This document shows positions 52,630-64,000 of a DNA stretch of 64,000 bases, in pieces (the first letter of the stretch is position 1; each line of letters starts with the position of its first letter). Made by a program: the position numbers and the translations under genes. The DNA lies in the NCBI GenBank assembly GCA_963693365.1, contig CAVNZM010000009.1, positions 5,400,245-5,464,244 on the forward strand, in the 5' to 3' direction. The notes under the pieces are model-generated. The model ran no database searches. It was given only the letters and a program-made list of their open reading frames with translations, and was not told the origin of the DNA. This DNA comes from Amoebidium appalachense. Lineage: Eukaryota > Protista > Ichthyosporea.

Positions 52630-53372
52630 CTGCATCTATGCTGCCATGTGCATGCATCTATGCTGCCATGTGCATGCATCTATGCTGCCATGTGCATGCA
52701 TCGATGCTGCCATGTGCATGCATCTATGCTGTGTGCTGCCATGTGCATGCATCTATGCTGCCATGTGCATGCATCTATGCTGCCATGTGCATGCATCTAT
52801 GCTGCCATGTGCATGCATCTATGCTGCCATGTGCATGCATCTATGCTGCCATGTGCATGCATCGATGCTGCCATGTGCATGCATCTATGCTGTGTGCTGC
52901 CATGTGCATGCATCTATGCTGCCATGTGCATGCATCTATGCTGCCATGTGCATGCATCTATGCTGCCATGTGCATGCATCGATGCTGCCATGTGCATGCA
53001 TCTATGCTGCCATGTGCATGCATCTATGCTGCCATGTGCATGCATCTATGCTGTGTGCTGCCATGTGCATGCATCTATGCTGTGTGCTGCCATGTGCATG
53101 CATCTATGCTGCCATGTGCATGCATCTATGCTGCCATGTGCGTGCATCTATGCTGTGTGCTGCCATGTGCATGCATCTATGCTGTGTGCTGCCATGTGCA
53201 TGCATCTATGCTGCCATGTGCATGCATCTATGCTGCCATGTGCATGCACCTATGCTGCCATGTGCCTGCATCTAGGCTGCCATGTGCATGCACCTATGCT
53301 GCCATGTGCCTGCATCTAGGCTGCCATGTGCATGCATCTATGCTGCCATGTGCATGCATCTATGCTGTGTGC
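52630..53372. repeat. 22-bp minisatellite (CATCTATGCTGCCATGTGCATG) with ~29-bp variants
   Basis: About 30 near-perfect tandem units visible directly. Confidence 0.95.
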
Positions 53373-53732
53373 TGTAGGGTACAGCCATACCATGTGGTGG
53401 GTCGCTGGCATCGATCTCCCACGTGTCCCACACGGTGCCCTCCAGACTGCCCGTGTCGTCCCTGCCCCCCTGTCAGCACACACACAGCCAGCCATGCAGC
53501 ACACTACCACACACCCTGAATAGCGACACCCATCTCACTCAGACACACACCCCTCCACCTCCCTTGAATCATCTCTCACCTGGCCCACGACCACACTGGT
53601 CTCATGCACCCGCCCACTCGATCCCCACATCCATATAACCACACAGAGAGCAAGAAAGAAAAGCCACACAAGCCATTTGTGGTACCTTGATCGCCCCCTC
53701 CCCCCCCCCCCTCCCCCACACCCACAGTCCAC

Positions 53733-54202
53733 CTACTCGTCCTGCGGCAGCTGGTCCTCTCCAAATATGGCCTGCAGGGACGGCACGTCCTCCTGCCCTG
53801 CAGGGCCCACCCATGGCTGGCCCCAGCCCAGCACCAGCCCGTCCAGCCCCATCAGGGCTCTCTTTCTGCTGCGCACCTCCTGTGCACCCAGCAGCCGTGC
53901 GGACATGCCTGGCCCCTCCTCTTCAACCCCCTCCAATACGGGCAGGCCATCCAATAGCCCAGGCCCTGTCTCTGTGTCCGTGCCCAGGGGGGGAAGGGCG
54001 GGGGTTGAAAACGGCTGGGGCGGGGGCGCAGGTTGGGGTTGGGGCGGAGGTGGAGGTGGGTGTGGGTGGTGGCCGTTTGTGAGCAGGTAGCCATTGGGGG
54101 GCAGGGGGGTGGGGGCCATCAGATCACTGGCCGGCAGGGTTGGAAGGTCCCAGCCAGTCCCCACCATGCGGTAGAGGTCTGCGGGGGAGGGGCCCTGCAT
54201 GT

Positions 54203-54251
<49 letters not shown>

Positions 54252-54440
54252 TGGTGGTTATAGTTGTGGTGGTGGTGGGGATGTGAGTGAGCAATCGAAG
54301 TTGGCTGGCTGCACAGTGCATGCAGCTAACCCATTAAGGGTACGCGCACATGCCTGGCCCCACATCTGGATATGCACTTTCATGCATGCGTGACCCTGAT
54401 AATGTGACTAACTCATGACAACGTGCCCCCTGCCCCCCCA

Positions 54441-54476
<36 letters not shown>

Positions 54477-54652
54477 ACCACACACACACACACACACACA
54501 CACAAATCCAAGGAGCTCTTGCCCCCGGTGAATTCTAATCAAGCACAAAGACACAGTGTCCGTCATAAAGGTGGCCAAGCTAGCTCTGAGATGGTATAAA
54601 AGCATACATATTCATGCAGTTATGGTGCAGCCATGTGTCTGTGTCTGTGTGT

Positions 54653-54702
<50 letters not shown>

Positions 54703-56116
54703 ACACCTGGTCGACCACGTGCAGGGGCCTTGCCAGGGCGGCCATGTGGCGGGCCAGGTCCTGGTGGCGGGGAAAGCGGCGGGTGCAGTGGGGGCACTTG
54801 TGCTTGTAGCGCGCCTCGGGAGTGTGCACGTACAGCATGTGGTTGCTGAGGCTGCCCTTGGACCCGAAGCTCTGCGGACCCGCTGTGTTAGCAATCGGTT
54901 AGGGGAAGAGGGCAGCAGCAGCAGGCAGGCCACCCATGCACGAGGAGGGCATGGACAGCAGGCACATGGCACACGGCACACGGCACACGGCACAACCGAA
55001 GAAGGGTTGGCATACAAGCAGAAAAGACATGGCACACAGGCACATAGAGGGCATGGCACACAGGCACATAGAGGGCATGGCACACAGGCACATAGAGGGC
55101 ATGGCACACAGGCACATAGAGGGCATGGCACAGGCACATAGAGGGCATGGCACACAGGCACATAGAGGGCATGGCACAGGCACATAGAGGGCATGGCACA
55201 GGCACATAGAGGGCATGGCACACAGGCACATAGAGGGCATGGCACAGGCACATAGAGGGCATGGCACAGGCACATAGAGGGCATGGCACAGGCACATAGA
55301 GGGCATGGCACACAGGCACATAGAGGGCATGGCACACAGGCACATAGAGGGCATGGCACACAGGCACATAGAGGGCATGGCACAGGCACATAGAGGGCAT
55401 GGCACAGGCACATAGAGGGCATGGCACAGGCACATAGAGGGCATGGCACAGGCACATAGAGGGCATGGCACACAGGCACATAGAGGGCATGGCACAGGCA
55501 CATAGAGGGCATGGCACACAGGCACATAGAGGGCATGGCACACAGGCACATAGAGGGCATGGCACACAGGCACATAGAGGGCATGGCACACAGGCACATA
55601 GAGGGCATGGCACACAGGCACATAGAGGGCATGGCACACAGGCACATAGCACATACCTTCCCACAGTCGGCATGGGGGCACAGGTAGGGGGTGACTCGCT
55701 GGTGCACCTGCATGCACCCCTGTCAACATGAATGCCTGCCCCCCCCCCCCCCCCCCCTCTCCCTCTGCCACTCAGCCTCCCCCCTCCCTCCCCTCCCCCC
55801 CTCCCCCCCTGAAAAGGGGATCCCCGGGTCACCTTTAATGCAGCATGGCGCACTGCATGCAATACCACACCACCCTTAGAAGTGCCCTACCTACTGGCCT
55901 GCCGTGCACATCAACACAGCATGGCCACCATGCCCCACACACTGACAAGTTGGCCCGTACCCGAGGTTATACACGAGGGTACACAATGACACACACGTAC
56001 ATGGCCACAAGCACACAACACAAAGGGTCAAACACGCATCACAAAGCCATGTGCACATACACACAGACACAAGCACGCAAACACAAGTAAACACCCCTCC
56101 CCCTCCCCTCCCACGC

Positions 56117-56152
<36 letters not shown>

Positions 56153-56837
56153 ACGCAAGGAGAGAGAGAAAGAGAGAGACATATACACCAGCACACCCAC
56201 ACTACATGCAGACACATACGTCCACAGACAAACAGACACAAACACACATAAGTCCACACCCATACCCACATGCACATGCACGTACACACGATACACACAC
56301 ACACACACAAACCCAGTCGAACACACAGATGAACTCACACACACAAGTCCACAGGCAGCCACACACCAAGCCTCCCCCGCCCCCCCTCCTCACACACACC
56401 CACACGTCAACCCGGGCACGCGTGACATCACACACCCACGCCCACGCATCCACCCGCACGCCCCTTCCCCTCACCCCCCCCTTCCCTTCCCCCCAGGCCC
56501 CTTCCCAAGAAGAAGAAAAAAAAAAAGAAAAAAAAAAAAAAAAGGGGGGGGGGGGGGGGGGGGGGGAACACCGACATGCACAGACGTTCACACGGAACAC
56601 ACATCACACGGCTAACATGCAGACGCCCCCCCACCCGCCCCCCTCTCCCCTCTCACAGGGAGAGTAAAAAACAAACAAACAAACACACACCCACCTGGGC
56701 ATAGTGCTTCTGGACTTGAGCCCGGCGGGTGAACGATGCAGAACAGCCGCTCACAAAGCACGTGAATATCTGTGGAAGGGAGAGGAGTCAGTGAGAGCAT
56801 GGGTGATGAAACAGGAGTCATGAAAGTGGGCAAGTGG

Positions 56838-56930
<93 letters not shown>

Positions 56931-57264
56931 TGAGTGAGTGAGTGAGTGTGTGTGCGTGTTCGTGTGTGTCATGAATGCATGTGAGCAAGTTTAAGTATGC
57001 ATAGGTGTGTGCGTGTATGTTCGTGTACTGGGTGTGTGTGTGTTTATCTGTATAGGCGTATGGGTAGAGTCTGCGAACGCATTCGTGAGTGATTGGTGTG
57101 TGTGTGTGTGCCTGTGTGTGTGTGTCTGTCTGACTGTCTGTCTGTGTGTGTGCGCGCGCGTGTGTGTGTGTGCCTGTGTGTGTCTGTCTGACTGTCTGAC
57201 TGTCGGTCTGTGTGTGTGTGTGTGTGCGTGTGTGTGTGTGTGTGCCTGTGTGTGTCTGTCGGTC

Positions 57265-57305
<41 letters not shown>

Positions 57306-57306
57306 T

Positions 57307-57343
<37 letters not shown>

Positions 57344-57446
57344 CGCGCGCACACACACATGTGCATGTGTGTATGTGTGTGTGTCTGTGTCTGTTTGGTT
57401 GTGCATGTGTGTCCGTCCTGTCCGTGTGGGCATGCACGTGTTTGTC

Positions 57447-57533
<87 letters not shown>

Positions 57534-57927
57534 TGTGTGTGTTCAGGTGCACACCTGGGCCCGTGTGTGTGAGCGCGCATATTGATGGTGACTGTACGTG
57601 TAGATGGGTGTACACACCTGAAATCTTCACTTAAAGTGTATTCAGCTTGACACGTGCACGCAGGGAGAGGCACGTTGTGTTTGAGTATGGAAGGAGGCGA
57701 GGAAGGGAGGAGGGAGGGGAGGGGGGGGGGGGGGGGGAGGGGGGCGGGGAGAGAGGAGGAGGATCAGGAGGGGTGGGCACACATAGCAAGCCAACCGCTA
57801 AATAAACGACACATGTGGAAAAGAAGCTTTCATTTGTGCTGCAACCAAACAGCCTGGCAGCTTTGGCTCCACAGGGTTGCCCGTTCAGAGTGCACACACC
57901 AACATGCAAGTAGCTGTGCGTGTGTGT

Positions 57928-57985
<58 letters not shown>

Positions 57986-58526
57986 ACCTGCCTTTTTCCT
58001 GTGTGGCTGCAAGGCGCTGTCCGTGTCCAGGGCAGGCAGAGGCAGGGAGGTGTCGAAGGAGGCCGTAGAGGCAGCACTAGACAGGTCGTCTGTGGACACG
58101 CTGAAGGGCAGCTCGTAGGACAGCGCAAGGAACGCCTCCTCCCCCGAGTACTCGGGGCCCTCCCCCCGCCTCTCTCTGCTGCTGGGCCCACGCAGCGCAC
58201 GTGGCTTGCGCACGCCAAGAGGCCGCCGTGGGGGCGGGTCGAGGGCGCCAAAGAGCGACACAAGGCCGCCCGTGACGGGGCCGGGGGTCAGGTGGTCGCT
58301 GTTGCGTGTGCCGAAGAACGGCAGCTCGGCAAACCCCTGCGTGTGCGCGCTGGGCCCCAGCCGGCCCCTGCCCTCCTCCAGCCCGCCCGCCCTGGCCAGA
58401 GGGTGCGGGCCTGCAGGGGGCAGGGCCTGCAGAGGCAGGGTGGGTGTGTGCGTGCTACCTGGGGGGTGTGTGCGTGTGGCCCTTGGGTCTGTTCCCGTAG
58501 CCAAGTCCCGGCTCCCCATTGTCCAT
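53733..58526 (-). CDS. C2H2 zinc-finger transcription factor (two canonical fingers and one atypical)
   Basis: Exons ~58520-57992, 56769-56695 (IFTCFVSGCSASFTRRAQVQKHYAQ), 55707-55657 (VHQRVTPYLCPHADCGK), 54871-54707 (SFGSKGSLSNHMLYVHTPEARYKHKCPHCTRRFPRHQDLARHMAALARPLH) and 54194-53733 (Pro-rich/acidic tail). All joins are phase 0. The start codon is uncertain. Confidence 0.85.
55029..55650. repeat. 24/22-bp minisatellite (GGCACACAGGCACATAGAGGGCAT) filling a zinc-finger gene intron
   Basis: About 26 tandem units, alternating between forms with and without one CA. Confidence 0.95.
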
Positions 58527-59618
58527 GGTGGGGTGGCGGTGGGGTGCAAAGGCAGCGCTGGGCAGCAGAAGTTGCTGCCTCGGGGAGGAACTGGACTGTC
58601 GTGAGTACTGGCGGCCTCACGCTGAGGCCATCCCCCGGAGATTCCCGTCCTGGGGTGTGTGTATAAAAGTACGTTATGCGCGCGCACACACACGGTGACT
58701 GCCGTGTTGCACGGTGCTGTTGTGTCGAGGGACGGATCGTGATCGTAGTTTGATTACGTGCGATCTGGCTTCGCAGCGAGGCTCAGTCTCCCAGCCGCTC
58801 CATGGCCCAGTGTGACTGTACGTGTGCGTTTTATTCGCGCAATTTAGGCCTCGCATCCTTGGCCTCCCGTGTATGTGTACACACCAACTTTACAGGCCGT
58901 GTTATGCACACCCAAACCACCGCCCACAGTATCCCGGCATCCTCCGAACGAGTTCGAGCACAAGCCTCCATCGGGTGTGCCTGTACGTACCCTTGCCATG
59001 CCGCCATGATCAATGATCCATGATGGCCATGGATAGAGTCAACGATCGGGCATCAAGCTGTGGAACTTCATTTCACAACACGCGTGTATACGTGTGGTGC
59101 AAGAAAAAGAGTGGAGGAGCCTGCTGCCCTGTTAAGTTGTTATCTAGCAGCACACTTGTGCGAGTCTGGAGTAATACACAGCTGCAGCTGCAAGCCACAC
59201 TATTCCACACTGCCAAGCACAACCAAGACAGGTAGCAGCTCGGTGCAGCTACGTTAACCTTGCAGGGGGCTAGCAGGCTAAGCACTTTCAGCCCCGTGCA
59301 GAATGTTCTTCGGCCATAGCTCTGCCTTTGTGTGCAACTGTGTACTTGGCAAGTCTTGAAGCACACAACAAGTCCAGGCCAACCAGATCATTCGCAATGT
59401 TTTATTACTTGTCTTCAGTCGAGGTGCATTCAATGCCAGTCCTACACCCACCCAGCATACTCCTTTCGTGTGGCAGGACATAAAAACAAAGATCTATCAG
59501 ACGCGACAAACTGGTGCTGGGGACTATCCAGGACCACACCGCAAAAGCACATATGGCGCAAGAAATACGGAATATACGACTGTATGCTGCCTATTGTGTG
59601 CACCCAAAGGCCCGGGTG

Positions 59619-61249
59619 CTAGTGGTGGTGGGGCCTCCAGAAGCTGGCCCCGTAGCCCTGCGGGGGCAGCTGTGTGTCCCTGGCTGGCGACGGCTCGTCG
59701 GCCCAGGCTGCCGCCTGCTGCTCGCCGGCCCAGCTGCCTCCATACGAGCCCTCCCCAGGCCCTCGCCCCCCCGTGGGCCCCGACAGCTCGGACGGTGGCC
59801 GCCTTGGCGCCTTAATGGCTGGCTGGGCGGCCGGACTGTCCGAGGGCGGGGGCAGGTGGGGGTAGTGGGGGGAGGCATACTGCTGGTAGTCTTGCTTGGC
59901 CGGGGAGGGCTCCTGCGGGTAGGCCGCATACTGGCGGGCCTGGTCGGTGCCTGGCCCCGTGTGCTGCACCAGGGGCTGGCTGGGCGCCCGCAGACGCTGG
60001 CCCCAGTAGGGGTGGTCCCGCTGGCCCCGGCTGCCCGGGCGCTGGGGGTCGGCCAGGTCCACACTGGCACGGCGGGTCGAGGGCACGGGCTGGGGGGGCT
60101 GGCTATGCACACTCTGCTGCGACGCAAAGCGGTAGCGCTTGCTGGTGTGCTGCTCATGGCCCTCAGCACTACCGTCTGCTTCGGGTCGACCCGGCCCGGA
60201 CACTGCAACCAGTACCATGTAACTACAAGAATGCAGGGCCCTGCAGGCCAGGCAGTGAGAGGCAGGCGCAGCGCAGTGAGCCTGTCTGCCCATCTATTCA
60301 CAGAGTACTACGTGCAAACAACCAACCGATGATGCACCAGACAGTGGGCCCCCGTGTCAAACAGTAGCGTAATTCGAAACAAGTGTCAAAGCGTTGTCTA
60401 GCTCAGTGTCAGACTTACAGCCGTTCGCACACCATAAGCCAAACATTCGCACACCATAATCAGCAGCCCGCCAAACATTCACACACCATACTCAGCAGCC
60501 AGCCAAACATTCACACAGCATAATCAGCAACCAGCGAAACAAACATTCGAACACCATGCTTAGCAACCAACAAAATATTTGCTCATGATTCTTAGCAACC
60601 AACCATACACACACACAATGATCAGCCAAAACACACCTGCAGGATAGGGGTCCGGGGGATCTGGCGACGCAGCCGGGGGGCTGAGCATGCTGGGTGCGGG
60701 GCTTGTTTTTGCATAGGCAAGGCCGTAGCTGTAGGGCACGGCACCGGCCGAGGCTGCGCGGGTGCGCAGGGCCAGCTGGTCCTGCACGGGCAGCGCCAGC
60801 AGCGGGTGGGGCCGGTACAGCTGCCAGCCAACACCTAGCGCCGCAGCAGCCGCCTGGCGAGCCTGCTGCAGCTCTGCGCGCAGCTGCTCGTGCTCGCGGC
60901 GCAGCTGGTCGTTCTCGAAGGTCAGCCGCTGGTTGCGCGCCCGAAGCTCGGCCAGCTCCCGCTGGTCGGCCTCGTGCCGCTCCTGCTTGCGCTCGCGGTA
61001 CAGCCGCTGCTTGTGTGCCGCAGACAGCTTGGCCCGCGGCCCTCCGTCCTCGCCCGTCGTGGCCTCCTCGCCCTGCCCACGCCTCCGTCCCCCGGCACCG
61101 CGGCGGTTGTCGTCCGAAGAAGCGTCCTGCGGGTCGCTGGCTGGGGGGCGGGGCTGGCCGTGGCCGTTCTGCTCCTGCTGGCGGCACTGGCGTTGGGCGT
61201 GGGTGGGGCTGGGGCTGGCGGCGTCGCTCTGGTGCTCCCCATGGTTCAT
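59619..61249 (-). CDS. bZIP-like transcription factor
   Basis: Exons 61249-60637 and 60202-59619 join in frame (G|TG = Val). Basic region KLSAAHKQRLYRERKQERH is followed by the heptad zipper LAELRARNQRLTFENDQLRREHEQLRAEL. Q/P-rich C-terminus. Confidence 0.8.
60428..60605. repeat. Degenerate ~31-bp tandem repeat (AGCCAAACATTCRCACACCATAATCAGC) in the bZIP intron
   Basis: Five to six progressively diverging units. Confidence 0.65.
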
Positions 61250-64000
61250 CCCTCCACGTGGCCGCCCCTATTGAGGCATAGTGCGCTGAAGGCGCAGGCT
61301 GTTCATGAAAGCACCGTCGTGGTGGCAGTTTCGCCTGCGACGTAAAAAAGAGAAAAACCCTTAGCTCCGTGGTATTTGCTGCTCACCAGACGCCCCCGGC
61401 GCTGGCGTAGATGTTAATTTTTTGTTTAACCGACCGGGCGCAGATAGCACTCGTCTACAAGTACTTGTTATACTTGCCGAAGTTGTAGCTCGTGAACCGA
61501 GTTTCGCGATGCAAAACGGTGCGAAAGGATGTTTGGGTCACGCGAGAGTAGCAACGGTGGCCTACAAAGTGGTTGGAAAAAAGCCGTCAGAGCTAAAAAA
61601 AAAGGGGGGGGGTGCTTTGCCATATAAAAAGAAAACTTCACACGCTGACAAAACTACGCAGAAAAATATAACAGGCAAGTGAAAGCGGCTGGGCCGCAGG
61701 GCCACTGGGCACAGAACACAGGTGTCAGGCTATAGCGGCAACCGGGCCTCGTTTGTGTGCCCCGGGCAGAATAATGATCCTCCCTGTTGGCGCCCAGCCT
61801 GGTAACCCCGCCTAAACCGCAGGCATGACTGCCAACCAACCAGGTGACCAAAATAAGAGTCAAGAAAGTCGAAACTCTTGATCGGCACTAGAGCTATATG
61901 CACTCTGGTGTGTTGGATACGCGTTAAATATTTATAAAGGTGTAAGTATTCCCCTTTTTTTTCCATATGCATGTGCTTTTAGTAATGAACATCACCGCAT
62001 TGAGCAAAGCGAGGTGTACGAGGAAAAAGGGAGGGTTATGCGGGACCCAATAAGCAGTTTTCCAGCCGGGCGCCACCCTTCCAAGTTTGTGCCAGCTCCT
62101 GATTGGTTCAAGAAAAATAACCCGTTTATTTTCTTTAAAAAGGAAAACAAAGCACTACACCTGGCAGAGGTATGTTATAGCTTCTTAGTATTGAATATAT
62201 ATTGTTTGCAGTACTTCGAATATTATCAGCCTAAGTATTAAGGAATGAACTTGTCTGGTAGTAGTTGAGCCACGTAGTTGAGGCTCTGAGCAAAGCCATG
62301 TGAGCCATTTCCTATGACTCTTCATCCTATGAGATCTGGGAGCCTCCAAATGGCTATATATCACGCCAGTAGTTAACCATTTATTGTCATTAGCCCAAAA
62401 TAGCTTAAGCGATCAATGGCCTTACCGCGTGTTCAGCAGGTGCCCACTCCGTCCATGGAGCAGAGTAAAAAAAAAAAAAGGTTGCAGTCCCATTGCAAAC
62501 TGTTCCAGTTGCTTTTAACAGGTATATGTAATCTACTGCGTATCATCCCCTCTGCAGGCCAGAACATTATTTTTTTTGGGTACTCAACGTGAACGAACGA
62601 GCTGATATCAAGCCGCAACGAAAAAAAGCCTGCTATAATGGCGTTTACGCTAAATTCAATTACACTCATTAGTGCCCCATTTATCATTGGCTAACGCACT
62701 AACAATCTGGATCCCCCAAGATCTAATGGTGTCATCAGTCTGTCAGCGTTTACTAAAAGCAGTTTTTTTGTCTTTATATTATTAGCAATTTCGAGTGTGA
62801 CTTCACTTTCACTTCGATCTCTTAGCGGTCACGTCAACTTTTTTCCCCGATTCTTCACCATGGCAGGTATATAAAGGCTTTCGTTTCTTCTTTTTGTGGT
62901 GGGAGGGAGTCCCACTCAGGGGAACGTGACTGCAGCGTGTGTGTGGTGTGGCCTGGTGTATTCCTACTGCTGTGAGAGTGTGGGGGCATCTCCCTTTCGC
63001 GGAGTTTCTCGCGATCGCTTGAGAAGTGGTTTCTTCAACGCCTGGTGGTCCACTGCAACCTATGGTAACTTCAACACGCTGTCTACGCTTCTACGCGACC
63101 TATTGGCGGTGGGCTGCTGCAACTTCTTCAGCTACTTCTGCGCTGCGTGAGTGGAGGGGCGGCTACTTGGTCGTCAGCATTCATTGCAAGTGACTGCCAG
63201 TCCTTAGCCTCCAGTCGTATGGCAATGACCGGGTTTGCTTGCATGCATTCTGTAATTGCGTTTTTCTGTGTGTCCTGCCACAACTAGGCCACCTTATCAG
63301 AGAGCTAGATGCAGTTTCTCCGGGTTATCTAGGGGCCGGGCCCGTTGCAATTGGGATTGTTTTTTAGCTCAGATTTGGTCTGCATTGCTCTTTTAGAGGC
63401 TGACTTGCTTGCTGTGTGCCTCGGTAGGTTTTGAGGGGGGCATGTTGGGAAGCAGCAGTAAGTAATGATGTCTTTTTGCGGAGTGTGGTCTGGTCAACAT
63501 CGATGCATATGACTAGCTGGAGCAAACTAGTTTCACGCATACACGTACACTTAAGGCTTTGCCCGCTGGTGTCCTTTGTCACTTGTCGCTTTATTTCTAT
63601 TACGTAGCTTTGGCTTTTCAGTTCTATTGGTGGTTATGTAGCCTGTGGCTGCACGTTGCCTTCATCAACCGATCAATAAAACCGAGTCAAAAGAAAAAGT
63701 TCATCATAGCTATATATATAGGCTACGTATAGTAGAATTGAAACCTGTACAATACACCAAAAAAAACAACCGATGCTATTACGGACGATGTCGTACGTAC
63801 GTACGTACCGTATATACATGTGGTCGTGCACTCGATCATGATCAATTCAATTCGATCGATTGATGCATGCATGCATATATATGGTGACACGTTATTTATT
63901 GATGGAATCCAAATGGATATCATGTCCATATGCCTATGAGTTCCCGGCACCAAGCCTTCAAGGCCAACAGTTTGATCCACCCAACAAGGTACATATGTTG

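Noticed and set aside
52537-53519. Cys/His-rich repetitive ORFs resembling metallothionein or keratin-associated proteins
   Set aside because: The 22-bp unit is not a multiple of 3, all three frames read alike, and there is no codon-position bias.
54899-55771. Regular repeat array considered as CRISPR or a repeat protein
   Set aside because: The units are directly tandem with no unique spacers, the context is a eukaryotic intron, and there are no cas genes.
62860-63150. Possible first exon(s) of a + strand gene (accATGG at ~62860, donor GTGAGT at ~63147)
   Set aside because: The ATG frame stops after 4 codons and no supported splice path or homology was visible, so it is too weak to call.

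Overview
Eukaryotic nuclear DNA from an intron-rich genome. Introns are GT-AG, often with CTAAC/CTGAC branch points, and are packed with (CA)n/(GT)n microsatellites and long G/C homopolymers. The gene content suggests a unicellular eukaryote, plausibly an opisthokont, but this is inference only. Most ORFs in the supplied track are microsatellite artefacts, so the real genes were spliced by hand. In order they are: the 5' end of a Spinster-like MFS transporter (-), a small ASF1-fold-like protein (-) head-to-head with a 68-aa stand-alone YABBY/HMG-like protein (+), a ~14.6-kb LARP1 gene with La motif and DM15 (-), and RPL7A/eL8 with a TATA + TCT/5'TOP start (-). These are followed by a tandemly duplicated unknown coiled-coil gene with E2F/CCAAT promoters (-), a BTB + beta-propeller gene with a broken C-terminus (+), an LRR gene with an in-frame TGA (+), a C2H2 zinc-finger gene (-) and an atypical bZIP gene (-). 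Mobile DNA consists of two identical 188-bp SINE-like elements in G/C tracts, a nest of up to three MITEs in a LARP1 intron, two TA-flanked Tc1/mariner-type MITEs and a TTAA-flanked palindromic MITE. The most notable leads are a possible LARP1-5'TOP regulon with both partners as neighbours, splice sites built from microsatellites, and the G/C-tract-associated structured SINE. Internal exon coordinates were read by eye and may be off by a few bases.
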